Source: Poseidonia sp. (GTDB taxonomy: Archaea > Thermoplasmatota > Poseidoniia > Poseidoniales > Poseidoniaceae). Taken from it: DNA of 64,000 bases. The notes under the pieces are model-generated. The model saw only the letters and a program-made list of their open reading frames with translations, was not told where the DNA came from and did not search any database. Numbering within the stretch: position 1 is the stretch's first letter; each line of letters opens with the position of its first letter. The position numbers were made by a program, and so were the translations under genes. The stretch is from assembly GCA_965661285.1 (NCBI GenBank), contig CBFIDD010000001.1:530776-594775 (forward strand), in the 5' to 3' direction. Of the stretch, positions 17,843 through 27,869 are shown piece by piece.

Positions 17843-19306
17843 ATGCGCAGAGGTACCCTCGCCATCTGTCTCATCGCCAGCATGCTTCTGGCTGGTTGCC
17901 TCGGACCCTCAACAGCCGAATGGGGAACGGGTTCGGGAGCGGTCCAGGTGGACTTCGCCATGGATGGCACCACCGTCAAAAGCACCTTGCTTGGTGAGTC
18001 TCGAACCGTAAGCGACCTGCTCCCGGTCGGTTGCACACCCGGAACAGAAGGCGGCACACTCGAAGCCGGTGCCGGCAGCCCCATCACGTTCACAGGCTAT
18101 CTTGCTGCAAGTCAGTTTTACGACGCGCACGACAGCGTGATGGGCGCCCGGGGTCTTGACGTTGGTGTCACAACTGCGGTTGCGATACAGTCCATGCCCT
18201 TTGATGCGGCCGCCTCGGTGGTTGATGGCGAAGGCGCTCGAATCGATGTCAAGCAATGGGCGCTCCCCCTCCAGCCCGACACGGGTGCGGGAAGCGTTGA
18301 CATCGATGAAGTCGATTCGGAGTCCGAAACCGATTGGTTTGTCCTCGGACTGATTCCAACCACGGAAAATCTCCTTGACGGCATGAAGGCCTTGGGCGAG
18401 TGGCATCAACCCGTGACGGTTCACGGTTACCTCGTATCTGCAGCCAACTCGAGTCAAAACGCCTACGGGTACCAAGCCACATGGCACAAAGCCAGCAACG
18501 AATGCGCATTGACGGTTGGATCGACCAACAAGGAAGACGCCTACGTGCTTGTCTCAAAGATTTCTCTCGACGGCGCCACCGTTTCAGCCAACGGTGAAGC
18601 GGACGACGAATGGGTTCAGGGTGATGTGCCCTTCCTCGGTCGAGGCGGATTCATCATGTTCTTCCTCATTGCTGGCCTTGGCGGTGCCGTCGGCCTGTTC
18701 ATCGTCTCCAAACAGATGATGATGGGGGCAGCCCAGAAGAATATGCGGATCCTCATCGGCGACGAGGGCATGAAGAAGGCGGCCAGTGTCAAAAAGGACG
18801 CCAAGGCTGCCAAGAAGGCAGGTATGGAATCGCCTGAAGATCGTCAACGCCGGCAACAACGCGAACGTCAACAAGTCGAAAAAGAACAGAAGAGAAAACA
18901 ACCCCCAGCAAAGAGCGAACCCAAGAAGAAGGACGAAGACGCCTTGGGTGGATTTGACCTTGACAGCGTGCTGGCATCAACCTCATCGGGCGGACCCGGC
19001 GGTTCTGCCCCCAAAGGCCGAAAGAGTTCGGTGGTCGTCACCGAGGCGGCTCAAGAAATGGAACACATGAATGCACAACAAGAGACGACGACCACAACAT
19101 CATCCCTTCCTGCTTCGTTCTCACAGCAGCGCCGAAGTGCACCGCCAACGCAGACACGGTCCGAGCAACCTACAGAAGCCCCCGCCAAGCCCAAGGTCCG
19201 ACGTCGGAAGGCCGTGAAGAGGTCTGCTTCCGAACCTGCAGAAGAGCGTGCTCCGCCTGCTGAACACTACGATGACGAAGAGGACTTCTCCGACTTCTCG
19301 TTCTAG
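17843..19306 (+). CDS. Putative lipoprotein/membrane protein with a charged low-complexity cytoplasmic tail
   Basis: Lipobox-like LAGC after the signal peptide, TM at about aa 270-290, K/E/S-rich tail. Confidence 0.82.
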   Translation: MRRGTLAICLIASMLLAGCLGPSTAEWGTGSGAVQVDFAMDGTTVKSTLLGESRTVSDLLPVGCTPGTEGGTLEAGAGSPITFTGYLAASQFYDAHDSVMGARGLDVGVTTAVAIQSMPFDAAASVVDGEGARIDVKQWALPLQPDTGAGSVDIDEVDSESETDWFVLGLIPTTENLLDGMKALGEWHQPVTVHGYLVSAANSSQNAYGYQATWHKASNECALTVGSTNKEDAYVLVSKISLDGATVSANGEADDEWVQGDVPFLGRGGFIMFFLIAGLGGAVGLFIVSKQMMMGAAQKNMRILIGDEGMKKAASVKKDAKAAKKAGMESPEDRQRRQQRERQQVEKEQKRKQPPAKSEPKKKDEDALGGFDLDSVLASTSSGGPGGSAPKGRKSSVVVTEAAQEMEHMNAQQETTTTTSSLPASFSQQRRSAPPTQTRSEQPTEAPAKPKVRRRKAVKRSASEPAEERAPPAEHYDDEEDFSDFSF

Positions 19307-20361
19307 TTGGGTCGCATGATGTGAGCGGCGTGCTTGAGCACCGTCATGCTGAGAGGGGTTGAGCCGATGTTTTCTCCATCGATGTTGATGGCGGTCGGCT
19401 CGGCAGTATCGATTTTCAGCGTGGTAAACCGATGATAATCCACCCGTGGATGGAACACATGTCGGCCTTCTTTTTTGAGCATACCAAAGGCTTTGAGCAC
19501 GTCTCGACGGGTCATTTTCTTCAAGATCCCGATGTCCATCAACCCGTCATCGGTGCTCGCACCCGGTGCGAGCGGGAGGAGGGACCCGCCCGTTTGCGTG
19601 TTTTGTACCAGAAACAGGGTGAAGTCATCGGTGATGAAACAGTCGTCCAACGTCAGGGTGGCGGTACGCCTCCGATTTGCCATGATGGCCAGCAGAATCC
19701 CCACATCGTAGCGAACAGGCCCCATCCAACGCATCTTTTCTGCTTGAATCGTTGAATCAACACCCAATCCCCATGTCACGAGATTGTGGCTGTAGCGAAT
19801 CATCGGCTCGCCCGTCGCACCGGGAAGTCCCTCGGTCAACTCAACTTTGGCCAAATCCAGAGCGTGACGCCGCCCGTCCAGAATGGCCTCAATCGCACGG
19901 TCGACTGAAGAAAGGTTGAGGTCGTGCGCATGAGAGTTGCCCGTACCGGCCGGAATAATGGCAAAGGTTTCGCTGACGCCCTTACCGAGGAGCATGCGGC
20001 CGGTGATCGCTTCAGAAAGCGAACCATCACCTCCCACAACGGCGATGACATCGCTCTCTTCCACCACGAGGGCTGAAGCGACTGTGATGAGATGACCGCT
20101 GTAGGCAGAATAGCTGGCATCGACGTCGACACCCGCATCCTTCAGCCTTTCAATGACGTTTGAGGCAATGTCCCGCCCCTTTTTCTTCCCCGAGAAAGGG
20201 TTGACCAAGAGATGAACCTTGGATGGAGGGCCGTGAGAGGCGCCTGCGTGCTGAAACACATCAGCAAACACGGGGCGGTGGGCACCCTTCTTTCGAGGGC
20301 TCGAACCGTCATGGTCGAACGCCATTGGTTCCAATAGACCCTCCACAGGTGCGTTGCCCAT
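19303..20361 (-). CDS. Diacylglycerol kinase family (YegS/DgkB-like) lipid kinase
   Basis: LVNPFSG, GGDGSLSE, IPAGTGN, DDGLMD, IDGE. Confidence 0.92.
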   Translation of the reverse strand: MGNAPVEGLLEPMAFDHDGSSPRKKGAHRPVFADVFQHAGASHGPPSKVHLLVNPFSGKKKGRDIASNVIERLKDAGVDVDASYSAYSGHLITVASALVVEESDVIAVVGGDGSLSEAITGRMLLGKGVSETFAIIPAGTGNSHAHDLNLSSVDRAIEAILDGRRHALDLAKVELTEGLPGATGEPMIRYSHNLVTWGLGVDSTIQAEKMRWMGPVRYDVGILLAIMANRRRTATLTLDDCFITDDFTLFLVQNTQTGGSLLPLAPGASTDDGLMDIGILKKMTRRDVLKAFGMLKKEGRHVFHPRVDYHRFTTLKIDTAEPTAINIDGENIGSTPLSMTVLKHAAHIMRPN

Positions 20362-20528
20362 GGGTTCCTCAAGGTGTTTCAACCCTTGAATGCTTCTCCA
20401 TCGCGTGGTTTTTACAATTATTCAATATGCATTTAATTTACACCGATATGAATAATTTGCGAGATTTTCCTGCATTTTGCGCTGGAGCCAATGCAAGCAG
20501 TCATGAACAAGTGGGGTCTGGACGGTAT

Positions 20529-21563
20529 GTGGCAGAAGCATGGAGTGATGCAGACCGCATGTTCATGGAACATGCGTTGCTGGTCGCTGAACGAGGGCGT
20601 GGCAAGGTCAGCCCCAATCCTCTGGTCGGCTGCGTTCTCGTCAAAGACGGCGTGGTGATCGCCGAAGGCTGGCACGACCACCTGGGGGGCTTGCATGCAG
20701 AGCAGATGGCCATTCACGATGCTGAGGAAAAGGGGCATTCGCCAAACGGCTCCACCGCCTACGTTACCCTTGAGCCCTGCAATCACTTTGGCAGAACACC
20801 GCCCTGCACAGAGGCCTTGATGTGGGCTGGTGTGCGCGAAGTCATCATCGCTGCTCACGACCCAAATCCGACGGTCCGAGGCAACGGCTGCAGTGTGCTG
20901 GAGGAGGCGGGCATCCCCACTCGCGTCGGCCTGTTGAAAGACGAAGCAAACGAACAAATGCGTGCCTTCATGCACTGGTGTTCACACCGGCGTCCGCTTG
21001 TTACGGTCAAGATGGCCCTCGATGCGAACGGATCGGTCGACGACCGAAGCGAGGAGCCGAAACGATTCACGTCGCGAGGTTGTTTAGAGAAGGTGCACGA
21101 ATTGCGGCGGGATTGCGATGCCGTGCTGGTGGGGGTTGAGACCGTGAATCGAGACGATCCTCAGCTTAACGTCCGCTTGGTGCCCTCAACGCGCCAACCG
21201 CTCCGCGTCGTCATCGACCCCAACCAGCGCATCAAAAACGATGCGCAACTCATCACCGACGGAGGAGAAACGTTGCTTATGCAACGTGAATATTCAGGAC
21301 TGTCTTCTCTTCTTCATCAACTGGCCGACCGAGAGATTCAACGCGTCCTCGTTGAAGGCGGACCGACCACCGTTCACCGGTTTTTAGAGGCCGGGCTGGT
21401 GGAGGAGGTCTTCTTGATTCACAGCACGGTGATGCATAAGCAGCCGGTCCCTGCCAATCTTTCGGCACAAAACCTCAGCGATGCCGGCCTCGCCTTGGCT
21501 CATGAATACGTGTGGGGCGAAGAGCGAGTGGAACATTATCTTCGCACGCCTACTTCAGCGTGA
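20529..21563 (+). CDS. ribD: Bifunctional pyrimidine deaminase/reductase RibD
   Basis: SPNPLVGCV, HAE, VTLEPCNHFGRTPPC, DDPQLNVR, VLVEGG. Start uncertain. Confidence 0.93.
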   Translation: MAEAWSDADRMFMEHALLVAERGRGKVSPNPLVGCVLVKDGVVIAEGWHDHLGGLHAEQMAIHDAEEKGHSPNGSTAYVTLEPCNHFGRTPPCTEALMWAGVREVIIAAHDPNPTVRGNGCSVLEEAGIPTRVGLLKDEANEQMRAFMHWCSHRRPLVTVKMALDANGSVDDRSEEPKRFTSRGCLEKVHELRRDCDAVLVGVETVNRDDPQLNVRLVPSTRQPLRVVIDPNQRIKNDAQLITDGGETLLMQREYSGLSSLLHQLADREIQRVLVEGGPTTVHRFLEAGLVEEVFLIHSTVMHKQPVPANLSAQNLSDAGLALAHEYVWGEERVEHYLRTPTSA

Positions 21564-22362
21564 GAATCTCGTTCCATCGATGTGAGGAACCTTTGCGAAA
21601 CAGGCCTTCGTGAAAGGCTCGCTGCTGCATGTGGACGCACCGTGCGATGCGACCACGATGGTTGTAGCATCCTTGACGCGTGTGAACCACCACGAGAAGC
21701 TCATCCAGTGAGATGGCGGGCCCGGTCGGTGATGGAGGCGGGGTCGAGACCCGCTCGGTTGCCCCATCCCATTCAACATCGCCGGTGGTTGGAGGGGAAA
21801 GTTCCCCGTGCTCAAATCGAACGCCACCTTCGGCGAGTTTCACGGGGCGCCAGGTTGAACGGACGCCGTTGTCCAACCAGTCCCTGATGCGTTTCAGTTG
21901 CTCCTTGGTCGCCAAACCGATGTGAGAGCGCTCCCACCACCCCGGTGTTCGAGCAAGGGTCACGTGGTGAATTCCGGGATAGGCGTCGCGAGGGTCCAAG
22001 CCGTCAGCCCACGTTCTGCAGATGCCTTCCAAACGAACGGTAAGGAGCGGAAGCGGTCCGAGATTGATGTCTTGGAGCCGATAGGGATTGGCCAATTCCC
22101 CTTGGAGCAGGATGGGGCGCCGTTCTTCGAGAGGCGGGGCCTGTTCATCCGCAAGCAAGGTCTCGAGGGATGCGGTTTTGGTTCCAAATCGCTTGAAGTA
22201 TGCAAGAAGTTCCGAGCCTTCGAGAACCTCGTCACCCGCTTCGCCTTCAAAGCCATCCAAGACAAGAAGTGCGTTCTGCGTGAACAGAAGCGATGCCTCC
22301 GGCAGGGCCAACGGAGAATTGTTCGCAGCGTATGGCCAACGTCGTGGCGAGGTCCCGTTCAT
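21550..22362 (-). CDS. Hypothetical protein
   Basis: 270 aa ATG ORF filling the gap. Confidence 0.75.
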   Translation of the reverse strand: MNGTSPRRWPYAANNSPLALPEASLLFTQNALLVLDGFEGEAGDEVLEGSELLAYFKRFGTKTASLETLLADEQAPPLEERRPILLQGELANPYRLQDINLGPLPLLTVRLEGICRTWADGLDPRDAYPGIHHVTLARTPGWWERSHIGLATKEQLKRIRDWLDNGVRSTWRPVKLAEGGVRFEHGELSPPTTGDVEWDGATERVSTPPPSPTGPAISLDELLVVVHTRQGCYNHRGRIARCVHMQQRAFHEGLFRKGSSHRWNEILTLK

Positions 22363-22400
22363 GTGGTGGGCTGCTCAACACCCGTACATGAAACCGTCCT

Positions 22401-22823
22401 TCAATCGGTGTAGGTCGCCTCGAAGAGGCACGCGGGACATGTCACCTTGATCGGGCGTATATCGGGTATCCCGAGCGCAACACCGCAGGCTGAACACAAA
22501 ATAGCCTGCTTGACCTGCTCGCGCCGTTCTTCCGCATCTCGTGTTGGGTCGTATTCAAATCGAAACTGCCGCTTGTCAAGGAGATTGGGGGCTGTCGAGG
22601 AGGGTGTTGACGGCAAATCCGGAACCCCTTTGTGCGATGTATCCCAGGACGGTGCGGGTTGATCGACCGCTGGTGGTGCGGGGGTTGGCATGGTTTGCAG
22701 GGCCGCACGAATCGTTGCCTCGTCCACACCGTAGGCTTTGCACAACCGGTCAATTTCGAGAATTTGGTCGTAGCCGGATAAACCTCTGACCTTTTCCAGC
22801 GCTTGTGCGGGAATGGTAGCCAT
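22401..22823 (-). CDS. Hypothetical protein with a C-terminal zinc ribbon
   Basis: CSACG-x13-CPAC after a Pro-rich linker. Confidence 0.78.
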   Translation of the reverse strand: MATIPAQALEKVRGLSGYDQILEIDRLCKAYGVDEATIRAALQTMPTPAPPAVDQPAPSWDTSHKGVPDLPSTPSSTAPNLLDKRQFRFEYDPTRDAEERREQVKQAILCSACGVALGIPDIRPIKVTCPACLFEATYTD

Positions 22824-22929
22824 GCATCATCGGTGCGGTTTTCTCGCTATATTTGTTGAGGGCGTTCGTGTGTTCAAACTCAAAGTTCCGTGCCGGTGGC
22901 AGGGACGGGATTGAGCGAGGAGAACGAGG

Positions 22930-24051
22930 TTAGATTCCCCAGTAGCGGTCGGCCTGCGCCTGGCGGGTTTGCAGGGTACGGACAACGGTGGTGACCGTCC
23001 ACAGGACAGCGACCCAAATCAAGGGGGTTGTGAGGTCGTTGAGGATCATCTCAACGCTGAACTCATACGACGTTCCACTGAGCACACGAATCGCAATGTC
23101 AAGGGCGGCGTTCAAGAAGGAATACACCACCATACCGAACACGCTCAGCACGATCAAACTGCCCGAAAACGACCCGCGTTTCAAACGGAGAAGCATGAAT
23201 CCGGCCGTCGACGTCAAGAAAGCGATGACGGTCCATGCCAGGGAGGAATGAATGACGCTCAGCCACAACACCGATTGGGAGTCGGCGGTGGCTTCCGTAA
23301 GGCCGAACGCTCGCCATCCTTCCGCTACGGCAAAAATAGCGCTGAACAGGGTCGCCGTCCACAACAACGAGGAGAACATGGCAGCATCGGCGTTTTCACG
23401 CATTTCTTGGATGACTCGGTTCACGGTGGATTCGATGCCTGCGCCCTTGCTGAAGATGTAGAGCCCAAGAACCAGCGGCAGGCCACCGATGACCACGCCG
23501 CCAATTTCGTTTGGCAGCATAATGCCAAGGCCCAAAATTGCCAACACAGCTCCAAATGGAATCATGATTTTTGAACGCCATTTGGGGTCTTCAAGGGCCT
23601 TTATGATGTAATAATAGGTGCTTTCGATGCCTTTGGATTGTTTCACGATGATTTTCTCGACGTGGTCAATGCGAACTTGTGAGGTGATGATGGGGAGGAC
23701 GCTTTCGTCTTCTGCGCCGTCCGTCACCAAAATGGCCTGGTCGGGTTGGAAGGCGGACACCACTTCATCCAACTGAGCGGCGATGGCTCGGTCAGAGCGA
23801 ACCCCTACCTTTTCGTCACCGGTCAAAATGGCGATTTCAACATCGTCTTCCTCGGTCTTGCTGTCCGCCAGTTTATCGTGTTGGGAAAGCGCACCAAGAA
23901 TAGCGTTGGTATCGCTTTCTTCTGGGTCAGCGATGCCCAGTTTCAACGCCGCGGTGAGGACTTGACGGCGCCCGACAACAGGCCCGCGGATGGAGGTCTT
24001 CAGCCCGAGGTCGTTGTCTCGGTCAACCGTAATCACCAGCGTTCTCGTCAT
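22930..24051 (-). CDS. DUF373 family membrane protein
   Basis: LVITVDRDNDLG, DPEESDTN, VTDGAEDE, VKQS..IESTYY. Confidence 0.92.
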   Translation of the reverse strand: MTRTLVITVDRDNDLGLKTSIRGPVVGRRQVLTAALKLGIADPEESDTNAILGALSQHDKLADSKTEEDDVEIAILTGDEKVGVRSDRAIAAQLDEVVSAFQPDQAILVTDGAEDESVLPIITSQVRIDHVEKIIVKQSKGIESTYYYIIKALEDPKWRSKIMIPFGAVLAILGLGIMLPNEIGGVVIGGLPLVLGLYIFSKGAGIESTVNRVIQEMRENADAAMFSSLLWTATLFSAIFAVAEGWRAFGLTEATADSQSVLWLSVIHSSLAWTVIAFLTSTAGFMLLRLKRGSFSGSLIVLSVFGMVVYSFLNAALDIAIRVLSGTSYEFSVEMILNDLTTPLIWVAVLWTVTTVVRTLQTRQAQADRYWGI

Positions 24052-24131
24052 TCGAGCATCCCCGTTTGGTTGACCCACCATCGTCCTTTCATTCAAAACC
24101 TTGTGCGAAAAGCCACACCGACCTACCGGAT

Positions 24132-25733
24132 TTACGAGCCCACCGTTGATGCACGACGGCGCACAACGGAAACGTCGTCGTGGCCCGGTGGTGGGTCTTC
24201 CCAGTCCTGATCGCCGGGCAACACCAACTCGGCACCGAGGTTGACCAGTTCACTGGCTAAACGTCGCTGCTCCTCAACGAGGAGGTCCCATTCTTTCGTA
24301 TCGTCCTTCCACACCTCCCACCGCTGAAGGTTTCGCCATCCGCGAATAAATCGAGCGTAGAGTTTGAGATGGAGTTTCGCAGACACGGGCCACCAAAACA
24401 AAAACACGAGTAACACAGCCACCGACGGCAACTGAGTGATTTCAACCAGCAGCCAGTGTTTCAGAAGCAGTTCGTTGAGCGGGCTAGACGCACTGAGCAG
24501 CGACCACGTGATGAACATGGATGCCATGAACCACCAGAGCGGGAAAAACACCACCGCCGAGAAAACCTTCGCCGTACCGACCACCGAAGAATCCAGGGAA
24601 CGGCGCTTGAGAAACCAACTGAGGAGTCCGTTGACCTTGTAGGGAACGTAATTGCCCGCAATGGCACTCCACGTGACCAATCCGAACATCCAGACCAGCG
24701 CCCATATCCACTGTGCGAAATATTTGGCGTAACCCGCAAGAGAGAGTTTCTCCGGGCGGGCATCCACATCAAACGGCGTGATGCCTCGTTGTTCGAGGGT
24801 GGAAAAATGCCGTCCGCAATCATCGGCGAGGGTTTGGGTCTCCACGGGTTGCTCCCTCCCCATGTACTCCCACCCTGCCCGGAGGCGGCGAGCGGCAAGT
24901 ACGGACTCGGCGTAGGTCGGTTTCACAAGGGTTTCACCAGAGAGGCGTTGCTTTTCAGCGTAAACCAGACTCCGTCCCTTCCAAATCATCGTTCGCTCTT
25001 TCCACGTCAAATTGGAGTGATTGGCCCGTTCAAGCTCGACGGCAATTTGGTCGGTGACGGTCTTGACCCAAGCGCGGTCGAGGCGGTCTTGTTCCTCCTC
25101 ATCATCTACGAGGGAGGGGGCCTCTGGCAGGGGCATCGTTCGCTCGATGACCACAGCTGCTCGTTCGCGAAACCGTTGAGATTCTGAGTAGTGCAGGCCG
25201 ACGGGAACGAGACTGGGAGGGGGAAGTCCCTGCTCCCTTGCTCGCCTGAGCGCTGGTAGTAAGATACGAGCGGCCCCTGAGCGAACCGTTCGAACGCCCG
25301 AATCGGCGTGCGTCACGCCCTCAGGAAAAATCAAGACGCTGCCACCTTGGGCAAGAAGGGAAGAAAGCGATTGAAGGCGTTGAGTATTCCGGATTCGAGA
25401 CGCATCAAGGTCCTTGGAATCCGAAGGTCGTTCAATGGGCACCACGCTCGAGGCCTTCAGTAACCGCCCGAGCACCGGGATGCGAAACAAGGTGTGTTTG
25501 GCGACGGTGGTGAGTTGACCGGGGAGCACCGACGTCATGAGCATCGGGTCGATCAGTCCACTTGGGTGCCACGTGATGTAGAGCCGGCCCCCTTCTTCGG
25601 GAAGGTTTTGGTCGTCAACGATGTTGATCTCACGAAACCAAACGTTCGTCAAAAACCGATAGAACCGACGACATAAACGATAGGAGAGCGGAGGCTTTTG
25701 CAAGGTGATGATACCCTCTGCTTCACTCACCAT
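24132..25733 (-). CDS. Glycerolipid acyltransferase (PlsC/LPLAT superfamily)
   Basis: WHPSGLIDP (HX5D), AKHTLF, IFPEG.TH, PVGL.Y; C-terminal TM helices. Confidence 0.88.
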   Translation of the reverse strand: MVSEAEGIITLQKPPLSYRLCRRFYRFLTNVWFREINIVDDQNLPEEGGRLYITWHPSGLIDPMLMTSVLPGQLTTVAKHTLFRIPVLGRLLKASSVVPIERPSDSKDLDASRIRNTQRLQSLSSLLAQGGSVLIFPEGVTHADSGVRTVRSGAARILLPALRRAREQGLPPPSLVPVGLHYSESQRFRERAAVVIERTMPLPEAPSLVDDEEEQDRLDRAWVKTVTDQIAVELERANHSNLTWKERTMIWKGRSLVYAEKQRLSGETLVKPTYAESVLAARRLRAGWEYMGREQPVETQTLADDCGRHFSTLEQRGITPFDVDARPEKLSLAGYAKYFAQWIWALVWMFGLVTWSAIAGNYVPYKVNGLLSWFLKRRSLDSSVVGTAKVFSAVVFFPLWWFMASMFITWSLLSASSPLNELLLKHWLLVEITQLPSVAVLLVFLFWWPVSAKLHLKLYARFIRGWRNLQRWEVWKDDTKEWDLLVEEQRRLASELVNLGAELVLPGDQDWEDPPPGHDDVSVVRRRASTVGS

Positions 25734-25783
25734 GGCCCCACCTCGACGGCCTCGCATTTAGAGAAAACGCCTGCGTTTCCCCA

Positions 25784-27001
25784 TCACTCCGAGGTTTCTG
25801 TCGTTTCTGGTGCCGGCGCAGACGGCGGCGGCGTGTTGGAACGGTCGGTGAGGCGCTTCCAACGCTGCGTGGCCCGGATGTACTTGAGCGGGTGGTCCAT
25901 CCACGGTTGGTCACACGTTCGGTTATCGCCCGGTAAGACCGGACAGTTGTGGTTGACCTTGAGTTTTCCACATCCAGCAGGCGTGTATTCGTGCTGATAG
26001 ACGTGCTGAACCTGATATGATGTTGTCGCCTCGCTGAAATCGGGTGCGCCACGGAAGAAACTGACGCAGGATTCCTGCGGTAGCGCCAGCGTGGCGGACA
26101 TCGACGCCAGGAACAATCGACCAAAATGATTCACGTTGACGCCACCTGCCAAATCGGCGATGATCTTTTGCATGCACGGCGGCCAGTCGCTCTCTTCGGC
26201 TCCAACCAAAGCGATGGCTTCGCTGGCCTTGTTCGCCATCAGATTTCGCACCATGCCCACGGGTTCAGCGAGGCGAACGGCAAGGTCGGTGGTGACCTCG
26301 GCCATTTTTTCGAGGGCTTCGGCCTCAATCCCTGCTTTTATCCGCTCTCGGAGAAGGCGGGCAAGTTTGGCTGATGAAGCGTATTGGCGCTCACCGTGCA
26401 GTTTCACCCAGCCCTTTTCCACATCGACGTTGGGTAAGCGCCATCGAGTTCCGGTGATTTTCGGACAAATTTCGATGAAGTCGGCCAGCCCAACCCGCCA
26501 TTCTGAAGAAGACGTTTGGCGAAGTTGTCGCATGCTCATACCAGCACTGGCAACGGACGAAGCGGGGCTTCCAAGCGTCTGTTCAACCTCGGAGAGGTAG
26601 GTGCGGGCTACGGCCGGAAGGTTAGCAGAATCTTGGATCAGGAGTTGTTCCGCTCGGGCCGCTTCGGCCTGAGCCCACCGTGCGATGAGGCGTTCGTCTT
26701 CGCTGGCACACATGACCAGCCTGGCGTAGTAAAACGAAAACGCTTCGATCAATCGGCCCTCTTCGGTGTGAATATCGCCGCCTACGACTTGAACGCCTTC
26801 TTTTGATTGCACGGAATCGATCAAACGGATTCGCGCCCGCTGGCGGGCTTGTTCCATCCACGTGCCGTCAAGCAATTCGTTCAAGTCGATGCTGTGGCGA
26901 ACAGCCATGTTGCGAATCCAGTCCGAGGCTTGAGGGAGGAACGGGTAACGCGCCAGCGTGACCTCATCCGCAAGCGGAGGCGGCGTGGTGGGCACGGGCA
27001 T
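25784..27001 (-). CDS. priL: DNA primase large subunit
   Basis: LARYPFL, WPPCM, HFGRLFL, APDF....T.YQV.H, YTPAGC..L....CP....C (Fe-S Cys). Confidence 0.9.
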   Translation of the reverse strand: MPVPTTPPPLADEVTLARYPFLPQASDWIRNMAVRHSIDLNELLDGTWMEQARQRARIRLIDSVQSKEGVQVVGGDIHTEEGRLIEAFSFYYARLVMCASEDERLIARWAQAEAARAEQLLIQDSANLPAVARTYLSEVEQTLGSPASSVASAGMSMRQLRQTSSSEWRVGLADFIEICPKITGTRWRLPNVDVEKGWVKLHGERQYASSAKLARLLRERIKAGIEAEALEKMAEVTTDLAVRLAEPVGMVRNLMANKASEAIALVGAEESDWPPCMQKIIADLAGGVNVNHFGRLFLASMSATLALPQESCVSFFRGAPDFSEATTSYQVQHVYQHEYTPAGCGKLKVNHNCPVLPGDNRTCDQPWMDHPLKYIRATQRWKRLTDRSNTPPPSAPAPETTETSE

Positions 27002-27079
27002 GGTCGGAGGAGAAGGCCACGGATTATGAAGTTCAACCTTAGGGTCGCTTTCTTGACCTCGGCCACCTCCGATGACACC

Positions 27080-27817
27080 ATGCGGCACCTGCCTGAGGAC
27101 GCAGCGGTCGCCATCCAGCACGACGTTCGCGCCCATTATGGCTGGTCATACGCCAGCGACCTGACCAGCGCTCAAGGACTACGTGAGACCTGCAATCACC
27201 ATCCGATGGCCGAAGCCCTGGGTTGGTCGAAAGGTGCTCGGGAACGAACACTGGAGCGGTTGGCAACGCGTATCGCAGAAGCGGACCACGTGGTGTTGGT
27301 CGGAGCGGCCGTCTCGGTCAGCGACCTCGAGCACACCTGGCAGAAGAACACGGTCTTCATCGCGGCTGACGGGGCGGTTGGCGCTTGTTTTGACCGCGTG
27401 GAGGTGCTGTGCGTGGTGACCGACCTCGACGGGGGAGAACACCTTGACGAAGCCGTTCGCCGAGGGATTCCACTCATCGTCCATGCACACGGCGACAACC
27501 AAGCTCTTTGGGAACGGCACACCGAGGCGTGGGCGCAACGAGGTGGCGGGCCCCTGGTCTTGACGCATCAGACCGATGAGGCGTTTCCAGACATGCACAA
27601 TGTCGGTGGTTTCACCGACGGCGACCGTGCGGCATGTTTTCTGGTTGCCCTCGGCGTTTCGCCGGAACGCGTTCGCTTTGTCGGGTACGCCGTGGACCAT
27701 GTTGGACCTTGGTCAGGCACGACCGACCCGGTGCGAAAACTGGACAAATTGAAGTGGATGGAACGCGTTCTTGACCTGCTCAAGTTCAGGTGGCGAGACC
27801 ATCCCGAGGCCTCGTAA
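27080..27817 (+). CDS. mptE: 6-hydroxymethyl-7,8-dihydropterin pyrophosphokinase MptE-like (DUF115)
   Basis: IAADGA, VVTDLDG, VHAHGDN, NVGGFTDGDRA, KL.W. Start 27026 or 27080. Confidence 0.88.
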   Translation: MRHLPEDAAVAIQHDVRAHYGWSYASDLTSAQGLRETCNHHPMAEALGWSKGARERTLERLATRIAEADHVVLVGAAVSVSDLEHTWQKNTVFIAADGAVGACFDRVEVLCVVTDLDGGEHLDEAVRRGIPLIVHAHGDNQALWERHTEAWAQRGGGPLVLTHQTDEAFPDMHNVGGFTDGDRAACFLVALGVSPERVRFVGYAVDHVGPWSGTTDPVRKLDKLKWMERVLDLLKFRWRDHPEAS

Positions 27818-27869
27818 GGTGCAGTGAAAGGGAACATAATCCTTAGAAGAACCCGCAGGAGTGGAAACC

